The notes under the pieces are model-generated. The model ran no database searches. It saw only the letters and a list, made by a program, of their open reading frames with translations, and was not told the DNA's origin. A program made the translations under genes and the position numbers. A stretch of 64,000 nt of DNA from a virus, in the IMG/VR virus record IMGVR_UViG_3300049912_000012, positions 1 through 64,000 of that record; one strand, 5' to 3'. Of this stretch, positions 18,773 through 29,499 are shown in pieces; positions within the stretch are counted from its first letter, which is position 1; each line of letters begins with the position of its first letter.

Positions 18773-20211
18773 ACTGCTACTTTCTTTCTAGGATTCATTT
18801 CTAATGCACCTCCTGCTGCCCCCGTTTGTGCAGGAGTGGTAATATCTATAATATCTTCCATTAAACTTTTTTGTTCTTCCGTAATACCTTCTGCCCTCAT
18901 TTTTTTAGCAAGGTCAATATCTCCCTGGCTAAATCCAAGACATTTTTCAAGAAATAAATCTGCAGGAATTAATGCTTCTGCAGTAGGATTAGTAGTATAC
19001 TCACGTATAGCATTAGCACGTCCTTTCCCTATCTCTACTCTTTCTTTCTCACTTATTGAGAACAAGTCAAGCCAATCTACCCTGTAATATTCTTCAGGTT
19101 CTGGAAGTATTTTTAATTCTATCAACCTATCTACAAAAGGTCTTATAATCTTAGGTTCTGCATGGTCTTCTCTCCTGCTTTGCACATAAGTCTTCCACTC
19201 ACTTGCATCCTGTGAACTTGCAAGTTCACCCCTCTCACTACCTGTCAATACCCTTATAGGGATGCCTGTCACCGCACTTATCATCTGGAGTTGTGCTTGC
19301 ACATGGTTGAGTGGATCGGCTATCTGTTGTGCTAATGCTTCCAAATCTACCCCCTCAGTAACTAAGAATCTTAATAAATTATCATCATATTCTTGGAATT
19401 GATCCTTTAATCCTTCCTTAGTTTCAGTAGTCATAGAATAATCTTTATCAACTTTCCCATGAAATCCAGGTCTAGCACCTCTCCAAAACATCTCTGCATC
19501 ACCTCCTACTAACTTCTCTAAGTCCATCAACCTGTTAAATACTGATTCAAGTCTTGGAGTACCATAAACTTCTGATTCAAGATTGTCGTCTACTATATGA
19601 ACTACTCTTGAATGATGCACCTTTACTATCTTACTTGATCCACTTGATACATCAGCAACCTGTATATCATATATCTTAGGCATTCCATAACGAGGATTAT
19701 TAGGATCGGATTCAAATAGGTTTACCAAGGCACTATTTTCTCCAAAGGGTTTTACATATTGAAGTTTCCTTGCTCCTGTTGTTACAGGTTTTAAATAATC
19801 TTCTATATTAGTTACATCATCTAATCCTAAAAGCAATGCTCCATACCTACCTATCCCTGTAAGCCTATCTACCCTAGCCAAAAGTGATCTTAGTTTTAAT
19901 TTTCGATTGAGATCATACCATGCCTTTTCAAAAATAGTCTTGTTAGCCTCTTCTGATTCTATAAGTTCCAATTCTCCCTGCCATGTAGCTTTTACAGGAC
20001 GATCTATGATAGCTTTTGCAATATCTTGGCGCACATAACGAGCTTCAAAATCTTTATATGTAAGGATAAGGCTATATCCCAATGCTTTATACAAATCCCT
20101 GTCCCCTCCATATTGAAGTCCTAGGTATGCAGCAAGATTAGCCCTTGCTACCAATGACCCTGTAAGAGTCTGTATATTCTTGCCATTGATAGGCTTAGTA
20201 CCTCTTTCCAT
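18769..20211 (-). CDS. Portal protein (DUF1073 type)
   Basis: 480 aa; IAKAIIDRP, YGMP..Y, VHHSRV, TGIPIRVLTG.E.G.LAS..D. Confidence 0.85.
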   Translation of the reverse strand: MERGTKPINGKNIQTLTGSLVARANLAAYLGLQYGGDRDLYKALGYSLILTYKDFEARYVRQDIAKAIIDRPVKATWQGELELIESEEANKTIFEKAWYDLNRKLKLRSLLARVDRLTGIGRYGALLLGLDDVTNIEDYLKPVTTGARKLQYVKPFGENSALVNLFESDPNNPRYGMPKIYDIQVADVSSGSSKIVKVHHSRVVHIVDDNLESEVYGTPRLESVFNRLMDLEKLVGGDAEMFWRGARPGFHGKVDKDYSMTTETKEGLKDQFQEYDDNLLRFLVTEGVDLEALAQQIADPLNHVQAQLQMISAVTGIPIRVLTGSERGELASSQDASEWKTYVQSRREDHAEPKIIRPFVDRLIELKILPEPEEYYRVDWLDLFSISEKERVEIGKGRANAIREYTTNPTAEALIPADLFLEKCLGFSQGDIDLAKKMRAEGITEEQKSLMEDIIDITTPAQTGAAGGALEMNPRKKVAV

Positions 20212-20610
20212 CTATTTCGTTATTAACCAAGTTAACCCTATTAAGAAACATATAAATTTAAGCATACCGAAAAATAAACCTACTGGGAATTTTGTTGTAT
20301 TGAAAAACCATTGCCAGAACTTATCACTCAACTTAGTAGTGCCAATGTATGCTATCGGTAGTCCTGCAATTAAATTATATACTACATCAAATATTGCAAA
20401 CCGCATCAACAAATAACCTCCAAGAATGAATCTCCAATCATTCCCGTACATACCTATTGAATACCCCATTAGCCATGCACCTATTGAGATTGTCACAACA
20501 GCAAGGTAAATACCTTCTATTATCCCCGCTATTGCCTTATGACCCTTCAATGCCAGTGCTTCGGGGACTGCTTCAAAAATGATTAAAAATATTGCCGTAA
20601 ATAATAACAT
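20212..20610 (-). CDS. Multi-pass membrane protein
   Basis: About four hydrophobic segments in 132 aa. Confidence 0.6.
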   Translation of the reverse strand: MLLFTAIFLIIFEAVPEALALKGHKAIAGIIEGIYLAVVTISIGAWLMGYSIGMYGNDWRFILGGYLLMRFAIFDVVYNLIAGLPIAYIGTTKLSDKFWQWFFNTTKFPVGLFFGMLKFICFLIGLTWLITK

Positions 20611-20690
20611 TTTCTTTTATGAATAGCCAAAGTTTCATAATACAATTTCTTACCTATCCAAATTCCTGTTCCTACTATAGGTGTCGTTTA

Positions 20691-21782
20691 TTAAAAAAGT
20701 CCATATTTTGCATTCAAATAATTCACAATAGATGTTTGTGTTCCATCATTATCTGCAACATTTCTATATATTATTTCCTTAAATGCTATATTTGCACAAC
20801 CAAGATTAGCAGCTCTTGAACCTATCGAAATACCCGCTCCCGCTGCCGTACCAACACTGCCAGTGGTTTTTGATGTATTATTAATCTGTAAAAAACTTGC
20901 AGCACCAGACCATAATATTCTGACTAATCCGTATGAGCCAACAGCTAAATTTGAATTTACACTACTATATGCCGTACCACCATAAATAGCTAAACCAGGA
21001 GAAGCAGTCCTTTGTTGTAAAATAAGGGTTGAATCAGTATATCCATCTAAGACAAAATCAGTTGAAGTCCAGCTGACTTGTTTCATGACTATATAAGCCA
21101 TAACTGGTTGATTTAAAGTAAATGTACCCGTTTTTAACTGATCACCATTTGTTGCAGCCCCGTCAAATGTAATTCCATCAGCAGACCATACAGGTTGTTT
21201 TAGACCCGTTGCCTGTACTAAGTCATGACCACTTAATAATTTATCTAGCCATGAAGATACAAGATTACTTCCATCTTTGGTTATAGTTGTAAGATCATTC
21301 CAATCATACCAACCTACAGTATTTCCAGCTCTGATTATAATTTCGCCTGCGGACCACGTTGTTGCACTTACAACAGATGACCCAGAACTCTCACTTGTAC
21401 CCTTATATGCCGTGACATAAAAATAATATAGTGTCCCTGCTGTTAAACTAGTTGCATTAAATGTAGTGGTTGCACTCGTACCTTTTTCAATGAATGAAAT
21501 ATTATCTGTCGAAATATAGATTCTATAACCATCCTGATTTGTTGATGTTGAACTGAATGATAAGTTTATCTGAACATCACTTATAACTGATAATACAACA
21601 CTAGAAGGCAATCCATTTATAGCAGCTATACTTCCCAACACTTTATCAATACATTTCCAGTCAGTATTCTCTGCCCCTGCAAATCCAGTAACAGTAAGAA
21701 CGATATCAGTGACATAATACCCATCTCTTACCCCGTTGCGAAACTTATCGGAACCTTGCTTGTATATATAATATTGAGGCAT
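20691..21782 (-). CDS. Shared N-terminal module + FN3 + LamG-like lectin domain protein
   Basis: TGFAG.EN.DW module; FN3 (L.AGTLYYFYVTAY...ES); C-terminal GWYD...W.DK..SG...YLNAKY domain. Confidence 0.7.
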   Translation of the reverse strand: MPQYYIYKQGSDKFRNGVRDGYYVTDIVLTVTGFAGAENTDWKCIDKVLGSIAAINGLPSSVVLSVISDVQINLSFSSTSTNQDGYRIYISTDNISFIEKGTSATTTFNATSLTAGTLYYFYVTAYKGTSESSGSSVVSATTWSAGEIIIRAGNTVGWYDWNDLTTITKDGSNLVSSWLDKLLSGHDLVQATGLKQPVWSADGITFDGAATNGDQLKTGTFTLNQPVMAYIVMKQVSWTSTDFVLDGYTDSTLILQQRTASPGLAIYGGTAYSSVNSNLAVGSYGLVRILWSGAASFLQINNTSKTTGSVGTAAGAGISIGSRAANLGCANIAFKEIIYRNVADNDGTQTSIVNYLNAKYGLF

Positions 21783-21784
21783 AA

Positions 21785-22624
21785 TTACTGTATTTTAAAC
21801 CACTTCTGTTTGCCAGTAGGTCTTATATACTTGCATACATATAATGAACTATCTGAAGTTTTAAATACGAGAGTTCCATATTTTGCAGCAACAGTTGTAT
21901 CACCAACATACATTATCGCTGGAACATTAAGAGTCATTGCAGATGAGTCAATCTTAACTATGCTTGTGCCAATCTTACTATTCAAATTCAAAGCTGGCGA
22001 TCCTGTATATGAATACGAAAGATTGAAACTTGAACTATCGGAAGCCTGTGCAAATGTATCTCTGCGTTTATTTACAGTACTCTGTACGAAATTAAAGGCA
22101 TTCAGATTAGTTGTAGTGCTTGATATGACAGATAGCTTTGTAAGAGGCGTTGCAGTACCTACTCCAAATCCTATTGAGTCAGCACGAAACAATACATTAC
22201 CCTGTTTATCAGTCATTGTAAGTAGTGGAGAGCCGGTATAAGTGTACCATAAATTCAATGATGAACTATCCCTTGCCTGGGTGGTAGTGGTCCTGTTTTT
22301 ATTAGTAGTACTGTTAACGAAATTAAAGCTATTTAAGCCATTTGTCGTTGACGATGATACTACAAACTGGTGTAATGGAGAAGTTGACCCTATGCCTACA
22401 TATGACGTTCCTGACGTAAGCAAATTACCACCTGACAATGTAAGTGTGTTGCTTGTATGAGTAAGTAATAAGTCTCCATTATTCCAATTAATTATTCCTC
22501 CTGATCCATATAAATGTAATAACGGAACAGATTTACGAATTATCAAATCATAGTATTTTGTTTTCTGTGCCGACAAAGTTATTGTCAGTACAAACATAAT
22601 TAAACCCAAGAGTGTTTTTTTCAT
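21785..22624 (-). CDS. Signal-peptide protein with two internal fibre-like repeats
   Basis: MKKTLLGLIMFVLTITLSA-Q signal; repeats VGIGSTSPL...YTGSP and FGVGTATPL...YTGSP. Confidence 0.65.
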   Translation of the reverse strand: MKKTLLGLIMFVLTITLSAQKTKYYDLIIRKSVPLLHLYGSGGIINWNNGDLLLTHTSNTLTLSGGNLLTSGTSYVGIGSTSPLHQFVVSSSTTNGLNSFNFVNSTTNKNRTTTTQARDSSSLNLWYTYTGSPLLTMTDKQGNVLFRADSIGFGVGTATPLTKLSVISSTTTNLNAFNFVQSTVNKRRDTFAQASDSSSFNLSYSYTGSPALNLNSKIGTSIVKIDSSAMTLNVPAIMYVGDTTVAAKYGTLVFKTSDSSLYVCKYIRPTGKQKWFKIQ

Positions 22625-22625
22625 A

Positions 22626-22784
22626 TTATTGCGGTGTTAGTGTTTCTAAATTTCCCCATGTAAAATCTTCTAACCCAGAAAATCCATCAACTTCCCATTC
22701 ATTATCTATGACAAATTCGGAACCAATAGCTCCTTCTCTAAAATTTAATCCTGTATCTGGATCAGTATATATTAAATATTGCAT
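22626..22784 (-). CDS. 52-aa stand-alone copy of the shared module
   Basis: Not in ORF track; MQYLIYTDPDTGLNFREGAIGSEFVIDNEWEVDGFSGLEDFTWGNLETLTPQ; fills the gap between neighbours exactly. Confidence 0.75.
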   Translation of the reverse strand: MQYLIYTDPDTGLNFREGAIGSEFVIDNEWEVDGFSGLEDFTWGNLETLTPQ

Positions 22785-22794
22785 ATCATTATTT

Positions 22795-23937
22795 TTAAGC
22801 TCCTATTAATTGCCATGACGAACTACCGGGGAGTCCATGTGTTGGTTTAACATTAGATACTGGAAATACCCTTGCTAATAAATACTTTCCAGCTAATGAC
22901 GAATTTATAGTGTAAGTCGTTCCACTATTAGTTATAGCTACCAATACTTCACCATCTCCACTATTGTTAGCTGCAGAATACCATTCTACTCTTGTACCAT
23001 GCCCATTTTCTAATTTGTATGTATCTGTTTTCTGAGTTAAATTTTCCGAACTCCCAGTAAATGTATAAGAACATCCAACAGGTAACCCCTGCGTAATTGT
23101 ACCAGTAATAGTTACATTTGAAACAGATGGTCTTGTCCCACCATAAAAATATTCATAAAGAAACCCGGCAATAATTTCACCCTTATTGATTTCTGCCATA
23201 GTAGTCGGATGTAAATTTGTTGGATGTCTATCCAAGTCATTATAATCATAGGTATAAAATAAATTTGAAGATACTGCCGCAACTCCATCTCTACAAGCAC
23301 CCGTGGTGGTATCAAAATTTCTATTCTTGCCAAAATAAAACATTATAGTATTATCATCTAAAACAGTTCTTATTTCATTTATTATATCTTCAATCTCATC
23401 AGTATAATCCTGAGCTACTGTACTACCTGGATAAACACCGCCACTGCCCCAGATAACTGTTATTCTCGGTTCATAACCAATTGCTCTTAGATATTTCCTC
23501 ATTAAAAGAGTTTCATCAATTATATCATTAGTCAAAGAAGCCACTGCATTAATACCCCATGTTCCCATTGCTGTTTCCGTAGATATAAGAGATGATCCAT
23601 TTTGCGCTAATTGCATGACGAACATAGGTACTGGCCATGAATAATTATGGTATAATATCTTTCCAAAAATATCAACACTATTGAAATGATTTTCAGCAGA
23701 TTCATAATTGTATGCTTTGTTCATATATGCCCAAAATCCTCCGCCAGTCCTTCTTAAATGCGTTTGATCTCCATCTGGAAAATAATAATTTTTTAATGTT
23801 GTACTGAGAGCGTTATCGTCTATAGTTGATAAATATCCATTCATCAATGAATTACCCAATACTAAAAAGAAATCACATATATTCTTTGTAGGTACAACAC
23901 AATTAAATCTTGTTTCTGCTGTTGATGCCTGTCCCAT
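22795..23937 (-). CDS. SGNH/sialate O-acetylesterase-like domain + Ig-like domain
   Basis: FLVLGNSLMNG block I-like, GSS, LHPT catalytic-His-like motif; C-terminal beta domain. Confidence 0.5.
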   Translation of the reverse strand: MGQASTAETRFNCVVPTKNICDFFLVLGNSLMNGYLSTIDDNALSTTLKNYYFPDGDQTHLRRTGGGFWAYMNKAYNYESAENHFNSVDIFGKILYHNYSWPVPMFVMQLAQNGSSLISTETAMGTWGINAVASLTNDIIDETLLMRKYLRAIGYEPRITVIWGSGGVYPGSTVAQDYTDEIEDIINEIRTVLDDNTIMFYFGKNRNFDTTTGACRDGVAAVSSNLFYTYDYNDLDRHPTNLHPTTMAEINKGEIIAGFLYEYFYGGTRPSVSNVTITGTITQGLPVGCSYTFTGSSENLTQKTDTYKLENGHGTRVEWYSAANNSGDGEVLVAITNSGTTYTINSSLAGKYLLARVFPVSNVKPTHGLPGSSSWQLIGA

Positions 23938-23938
23938 G

Positions 23939-25645
23939 TTAAGTTAAATTTATTTTATAAACCCTAATTGCCGTAATTCCCGTAATAACAGTGCCAGATG
24001 TTCTAAGAGAAGCAAATATATGATTCTCATGTCCTGCCTGGGCATGAGTCGTAATAAAATCTCTTGTTAGTTGTGAAGGATGCCATAACCCATAATAACC
24101 TCCACCGGCATCTACATAATGATCTTCTGATTGTATGGATACTTTCCAATATGTAGAATTGCTTTTATCAAAAATTGCCTTGATTGTAGCATCAGATATT
24201 CCGCTAAAGTTTAAATATGAATTTGTCATATTATGAATACAAGAACTAATGCCATATTCAACATCATCCATGTGATCAGCTACTCCCTTTGTTCCATCCG
24301 GTTTATGTGGAATATCATAACATCCTCTTCTTGTAAACCCATTAATTAGCTGGAACCTACCCCATTCAAAATTTGAATATTCAGTATAATCATCATTACA
24401 TATCTGGTTATCTAACCTGGGATTTGTAGTAGAACCTATCCACCCTAAAGTACCATCAATTCCATTATGAAAATATCTAAAATAGTTTACATCACCATCC
24501 CATGTATTAAATATTTCTGGTTGTGTTGCAGGAAAAGTTAATGTATTTATAATAGCTGCTACATCTGCATCAGAAAGATAACTATTCCAATGAGCAAATA
24601 ATGAATACCTGGTAAAATGTACAGTTTTTGAATAAGGATTATATAATTGCGGGATGCCAGTCTGACTATCAGGAGTTGATGCACTTGTAGCTGTGGCAAC
24701 TGAAGCAGAGTCACCCATTTTATATATTTGATATTTCCCATTGACGCCTCCACTCTCGTGACGGGATACAATAGCATACCAATTTGTTGTAAAATTAGTT
24801 GGATCAGGAACAACTTTACCGGGAGAAGCAAGCATTGTTGAACCAACGTAAAATCTTACATAATGAGTGCCTGCATAAAAAATAAATCCATTTGTTGCTC
24901 CACCAAAAGGTTTGTAAGTAAATATTGGTTCAAAATCAGCATCAAAAATTGGTTGTATTATAATTATAGATGTAAATGATCCTCCAGTATATGCTATACT
25001 TTTATTAGGCAAAGTTAATGGAGCTGTAAGCGCTGTTGATCCTGCTAATGTATTTAAAACAGGAAAATGACTTATTGTTATATTTTCTAAATTGATACTA
25101 TCAGTAATAACCAATCCATTTCTAGTATCAAACAAAGCATCTTCATCAGGTACTATACTTACACATTCTGAAACAACATCAGAATATGCACTATATCTAA
25201 TTCCTATTAATGCACGAAGTTTATAGTAATATGTGATTTCTAATTCAATATCTTCATCAGTATATGTTTCAGTTCCTTGATCAATAGCAACCAGTTCGGT
25301 AAAATTGATGTTATCTTCTGATCTTTCAATACTCACCGCATAATCTGATGACCAATTAATAAAGATTTTTTCAGTATCTTTTGTTAATGTTATGTCTTGT
25401 GGAATTTCAGGATAAGAAAGTTTATCAACATTTTCCCAATCCAAATTTTCACTACCAGCAAATCCAGTTACTGTCAATGCTACATCAAGAACGATATATC
25501 CATCCCTTATACCTTTACGCCACAATACTCCTGTCTCACTTTCAAAGATGCGATATTGAGGTTCGGAAGAATTAATTCCGGTCCCCGATCTCTTACCTAT
25601 CCAAATTCCTGTTCCTATCATAAATTTGAGATATAAGCAACCCAC
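23939..25645 (-). CDS. Shared module + FN3 + LamG-like protein (likely start 25621)
   Basis: MIGTGIWIG...TVTGFAGSENLDWENV; FN3 (IERSED...YTD...TYYYKLRA...SAYS). Confidence 0.65.
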   Translation of the reverse strand: MGCLYLKFMIGTGIWIGKRSGTGINSSEPQYRIFESETGVLWRKGIRDGYIVLDVALTVTGFAGSENLDWENVDKLSYPEIPQDITLTKDTEKIFINWSSDYAVSIERSEDNINFTELVAIDQGTETYTDEDIELEITYYYKLRALIGIRYSAYSDVVSECVSIVPDEDALFDTRNGLVITDSINLENITISHFPVLNTLAGSTALTAPLTLPNKSIAYTGGSFTSIIIIQPIFDADFEPIFTYKPFGGATNGFIFYAGTHYVRFYVGSTMLASPGKVVPDPTNFTTNWYAIVSRHESGGVNGKYQIYKMGDSASVATATSASTPDSQTGIPQLYNPYSKTVHFTRYSLFAHWNSYLSDADVAAIINTLTFPATQPEIFNTWDGDVNYFRYFHNGIDGTLGWIGSTTNPRLDNQICNDDYTEYSNFEWGRFQLINGFTRRGCYDIPHKPDGTKGVADHMDDVEYGISSCIHNMTNSYLNFSGISDATIKAIFDKSNSTYWKVSIQSEDHYVDAGGGYYGLWHPSQLTRDFITTHAQAGHENHIFASLRTSGTVITGITAIRVYKINLT

Positions 25646-26121
25646 CAGTGATCGTGTGCGTATTTAATCGCAAAGTATAAAGCGATAGCGGTAACAATCG
25701 CTGTGATAACAAGTCTTAAATAGATAATAGGTTTTTTAGTCCTGTGATCTATTCTTTGAACAGTAATATACAAATCTTCATATTTGTCTGACATAATCTT
25801 TGCTTGTTGCCGGATACCTGTTACATCTTCCCGGAGGTGAGATAATTCAACACGGAATGACTTCATAAGCTCTGTCTGTTCATCCATCTTGTCGAACATC
25901 TTCCTATCCCTTGTCAGTAGTGCTTCAGCCAGTTCATTCTTGATTCGATTCACTTCATCAGTGATATGCTTCTTAATATACTTCTTGACTTTCTCATTAT
26001 TATATTCTAAAGCACGTTTAAAGAATTGGCGATCATCGCTGCTCCATGTCTGCCCGGAAACTGACAACTCGCTAACGGGAACATTTTCAAGTTTTACCTC
26101 TGTTATCTTTTCTTTTACCAC
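25618..26121 (-). CDS. Coiled-coil protein with C-terminal TM helix (holin-like candidate)
   Basis: Charged helical body plus IIYLRLVITAIVTAIALYFAI. Confidence 0.5.
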   Translation of the reverse strand: MVKEKITEVKLENVPVSELSVSGQTWSSDDRQFFKRALEYNNEKVKKYIKKHITDEVNRIKNELAEALLTRDRKMFDKMDEQTELMKSFRVELSHLREDVTGIRQQAKIMSDKYEDLYITVQRIDHRTKKPIIYLRLVITAIVTAIALYFAIKYAHDHWWVAYISNL

Positions 26122-26221
26122 TCCTGTTTATCTTAATAGATTGTATAATAATTACCGCCAGTGCGCCAGCAATGGCAGTGCAGAACACTATTGCAAATAT
26201 TTTGAAAATCAAATCACTCAT
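26087..26221 (-). CDS. 44-aa single-TM protein
   Basis: Hand translation MSDLIFKIFAIVFCTAIAGALAVIIIQSIKINRSGKRKDNRGKT; ATGA overlap with the upstream gene. Confidence 0.5.
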   Translation of the reverse strand: MSDLIFKIFAIVFCTAIAGALAVIIIQSIKINRSGKRKDNRGKT

Positions 26222-26610
26222 TTCTTTACTGGTATTATCCTTGTTCTTACTTCTGGAAATTTCATTGAATCAACTTGTCTTTCATACCTAGCTTTCGATT
26301 CATAATACTTAATCACCTCATCCAGCCTATTAATAATTGTTAAAGTATTAACATGACTCCTTTCAAGAGCTTTAAAATTGTTTTCCTGTTTCTGGGTTGC
26401 AATTAAATGTTCATTCAATAAATTTGTGAACTCTGCAAACTGCATTGTTTTCAGTGTATCACTCTTTAATAACAAGTTAACATTCTTTTCAATCCCTGTA
26501 ATATTATTTTTATTGCTTTCATCTTTCCTTCCCCAGGTATATAAAGCAGTCCCGGCAGCTATCACGTAGCCGAGGTAAGGTAAAATTGCTTTAAGGGTGA
26601 GTCTTGTCAT
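26218..26610 (-). CDS. N-terminally membrane-anchored coiled-coil protein
   Basis: N-terminal hydrophobic helix followed by coiled coil. Confidence 0.55.
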   Translation of the reverse strand: MTRLTLKAILPYLGYVIAAGTALYTWGRKDESNKNNITGIEKNVNLLLKSDTLKTMQFAEFTNLLNEHLIATQKQENNFKALERSHVNTLTIINRLDEVIKYYESKARYERQVDSMKFPEVRTRIIPVKK

Positions 26611-26634
26611 ATCCCCGACCTCTCATTGTATTAT

Positions 26635-29499
26635 TTAATTACCATCCCATCCTGCCATCCTTGCCAACATCCACCATACAGCTTTTGCAAGTCTTATAGT
26701 CCCCGGCATCCCAATATGACCATAATCTTGCGTACCAAGATTTCTCGTAGTTATAACAGGATATGTATGTCCATTCCAAGTAGCGGTATTCGGTCCACTG
26801 CCGTCATCATCGTAACAAAGAATATCTGCATAATCAAAAAGTATCCTTGTGGAATTACCATCAACATAATTTCTTATTGCCTCATATAAAAGATATTTAT
26901 TATAACCCATTTCACCAGTACTATTCCAATAATCAACTGGGCCGGTTGTAAAATATACTTTAGCTGGGATGCTATCTGCACAATAATTAATATATGATTG
27001 AGTTGCTGCCAGATAATCAGTGGCATCGGTTATATCAGAATCATAACACCAACCAAATCCTATCGCTGTCAAATCTAACCCGTTATGATTATTATAAGTT
27101 AAATTTGCTTTTGTTCTGCTTATTGCTGTCGAACTGGTAATCCAATCCTCCTCCCCATAACTTGTAAGCCATCCTGTTGCATTATCCACATCACCCCATG
27201 TATAACGATCTGCCCTTAAATGTTCTTCTGTATATAATTCAGGGGAAACATACCATGCCGGACCAATATCATAAGCCGGATATGTATCTTCTAAAGTAAC
27301 CAATCCAGTTATATAAGCAGTTGAGTGTGACTCTCCGGCTATAACAAATCGCATTTTTTTCACAGCAGTCATATATTCTGAAGGAATATCATCAAACCTA
27401 TCAACAATGGTATGATCTGCTATTATTTGAGAAGTTACAGATTGATTTGAAATAGTAATTTCTTTTTCCCCATAAACAGAAGAACCATCGTTTGCTGTTG
27501 CCCGTACTGTAACAGTTCCATCTGTTAATGCAGTCAATAACCCACTACTATTTATTGAACCTACTCCTGTACCATTTGTCCTTGACCAGGTGGCAGTAGT
27601 ATCATCTGCATTTGTGGGTAGAGTCTTTTTAAGCATTTGAAGTGTTCCTCCGTTAACAGAAATCGTAGTTGCCTCTCCTGTTCCAAATACAGATATGCTG
27701 GTTACTGGTTTAGGTCCTACATAAATACCAGTTCCAGTTGTGGCTATTTTACCGTTTACAAAAACTGGTTTGCCATCTTGAAATATAAATAAATCTTTTC
27801 TTGTCATAAACTGAATATCATTACCATAACTTGTACCTACTTCATTGGTCGCATATGCTCTAACATGATATATAGTTTCTGAAGTTAATCCTGTTATCGC
27901 AGAACTAAATATACCAGTTCCTTCTCCGTCAGATGTATGATTACCAGTTATTGACGGATTAAAACTACTCCCCCAACAAACACCCCTTGCTGAAACCGTC
28001 CCCCCGCCATCATCCGTAACATTACCACCACTTGTCACTTTTGTTGTACCGGGATAAACACCAGTAGTTGAAACGACAATAGGATTTATTGTTATTTGAC
28101 CGGAGTAATATTCAGAATAACCAAGATCGGGAGCAGAACCATTAAATGTATAACCTACATCTATCCCCGCATCAATCAAATCAGATGTAGAAGTAAGTTT
28201 TAAAAAAGTAATGTTAGGAAGTGAACCATCTGGTTTTCTTGAAGCAGTTAATTGTTCTATTGCTTCTGTCGAATCAGTAAGAACAAAATCAGCATCTGTA
28301 ACAGTATATGTAGGATTTATTTCACTATAAGGCCATCCTTCCCGTAGTCTGAAATTATTATGATCAAGTGTAAGATATTTTGCAATGTAAGGTGCTTGAT
28401 CGCATACGCCAAATAGAGCATAATAAACATCACGATTTATAAATATATTATTTTGAAGAACAGTTCCTCCTTTTCCTGTTACACAATTAAATTCCTGTGA
28501 TCCGACAACATAACCATATTCACATTTATAGGCAACATTATTATAATATTCGCATTTAGGGCCATAGAAAGCATCAAAAAGATTTACTTCACAGTATGCA
28601 GTATGATGATTAAAAGCAGCAAGACAATTATTTACCACACGTTTGCCTTTTAGAAATACTCCACTGGTAGCGAATTTGATTCCTGTACCATCCCCGGTTA
28701 GAAGAAACTGGTATCCGTTATTAAAAAACCAACAATTTGAAAAATGGAATTGCATCGTTGTGCTTGCATCAATTCCATCATCTGAACATCTCCATGCTCT
28801 GCATCCTGTAATATAAGCTATCTTAAACGTATCAACCGCAGTTCCTCCACTCGTTATATTATATCCGTCACCATCACCCCCGGGAGATGTTGCATCCAAA
28901 CTATCACAAACTTCATATACATCAGTATTTGTAAGGTAAAGTGTATCATACCCACCAATTTGTATCCCTGTGCCCCCAATATCGTGAACTACTATATTCT
29001 CGAAAGATACAACAGAATGAATTGTTGGCCCATGACAAGACATTTCTATACCTGTACAATTTGATCCAATAAGAAGCTGACGAGCATTTTTAATAGTCAA
29101 CCCCTTAAACTTTAAGTATGTGGCTTCGTTTATATTTAAGCCGATATTACCTGTATTATCTAAACTCGCAAAAAAACAATCCAGTGTCGGAGTTTCACCC
29201 GAATAATTAAAAAAACAAATAGGATTATCGTGAGTGCCATTATGACCAATACCCTGATCTGGATCAATTTCCGTTATTGCATAGCCGGGTCTATGATGAG
29301 TTATAGGATACCATGTTCCACCTCTGAAATAAACAGTATCTCCCGCCACTGCCGTCTCAAATCCTTTTTGCCATGTTGCCCATGGCTGGGTTATTGTCCC
29401 TAAATTACTATCACTTCCACCTGTCGGTGCAACATAGTAAGTTGCTGCACCAACTGAAAGAGTAAATAAGGAAAGTAATATTATCAGTACTTTTTTCAT
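26635..29499 (-). CDS. Secreted multidomain protein: PL9-like right-handed beta-helix + FN3-like + Big_2 + SGNH-like domain
   Basis: Signal MKKVLIILLSLFTLSVGA; TYYVAPTGG.D...GT...PWAT, AGDTVYFRGGT, DGDG, WRCSDDG.D, LIDAG.DVG..G.APDLG; YHVRAYATN.VGT.YG; GESHS. Confidence 0.75.
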   Translation of the reverse strand: MKKVLIILLSLFTLSVGAATYYVAPTGGSDSNLGTITQPWATWQKGFETAVAGDTVYFRGGTWYPITHHRPGYAITEIDPDQGIGHNGTHDNPICFFNYSGETPTLDCFFASLDNTGNIGLNINEATYLKFKGLTIKNARQLLIGSNCTGIEMSCHGPTIHSVVSFENIVVHDIGGTGIQIGGYDTLYLTNTDVYEVCDSLDATSPGGDGDGYNITSGGTAVDTFKIAYITGCRAWRCSDDGIDASTTMQFHFSNCWFFNNGYQFLLTGDGTGIKFATSGVFLKGKRVVNNCLAAFNHHTAYCEVNLFDAFYGPKCEYYNNVAYKCEYGYVVGSQEFNCVTGKGGTVLQNNIFINRDVYYALFGVCDQAPYIAKYLTLDHNNFRLREGWPYSEINPTYTVTDADFVLTDSTEAIEQLTASRKPDGSLPNITFLKLTSTSDLIDAGIDVGYTFNGSAPDLGYSEYYSGQITINPIVVSTTGVYPGTTKVTSGGNVTDDGGGTVSARGVCWGSSFNPSITGNHTSDGEGTGIFSSAITGLTSETIYHVRAYATNEVGTSYGNDIQFMTRKDLFIFQDGKPVFVNGKIATTGTGIYVGPKPVTSISVFGTGEATTISVNGGTLQMLKKTLPTNADDTTATWSRTNGTGVGSINSSGLLTALTDGTVTVRATANDGSSVYGEKEITISNQSVTSQIIADHTIVDRFDDIPSEYMTAVKKMRFVIAGESHSTAYITGLVTLEDTYPAYDIGPAWYVSPELYTEEHLRADRYTWGDVDNATGWLTSYGEEDWITSSTAISRTKANLTYNNHNGLDLTAIGFGWCYDSDITDATDYLAATQSYINYCADSIPAKVYFTTGPVDYWNSTGEMGYNKYLLYEAIRNYVDGNSTRILFDYADILCYDDDGSGPNTATWNGHTYPVITTRNLGTQDYGHIGMPGTIRLAKAVWWMLARMAGWDGN

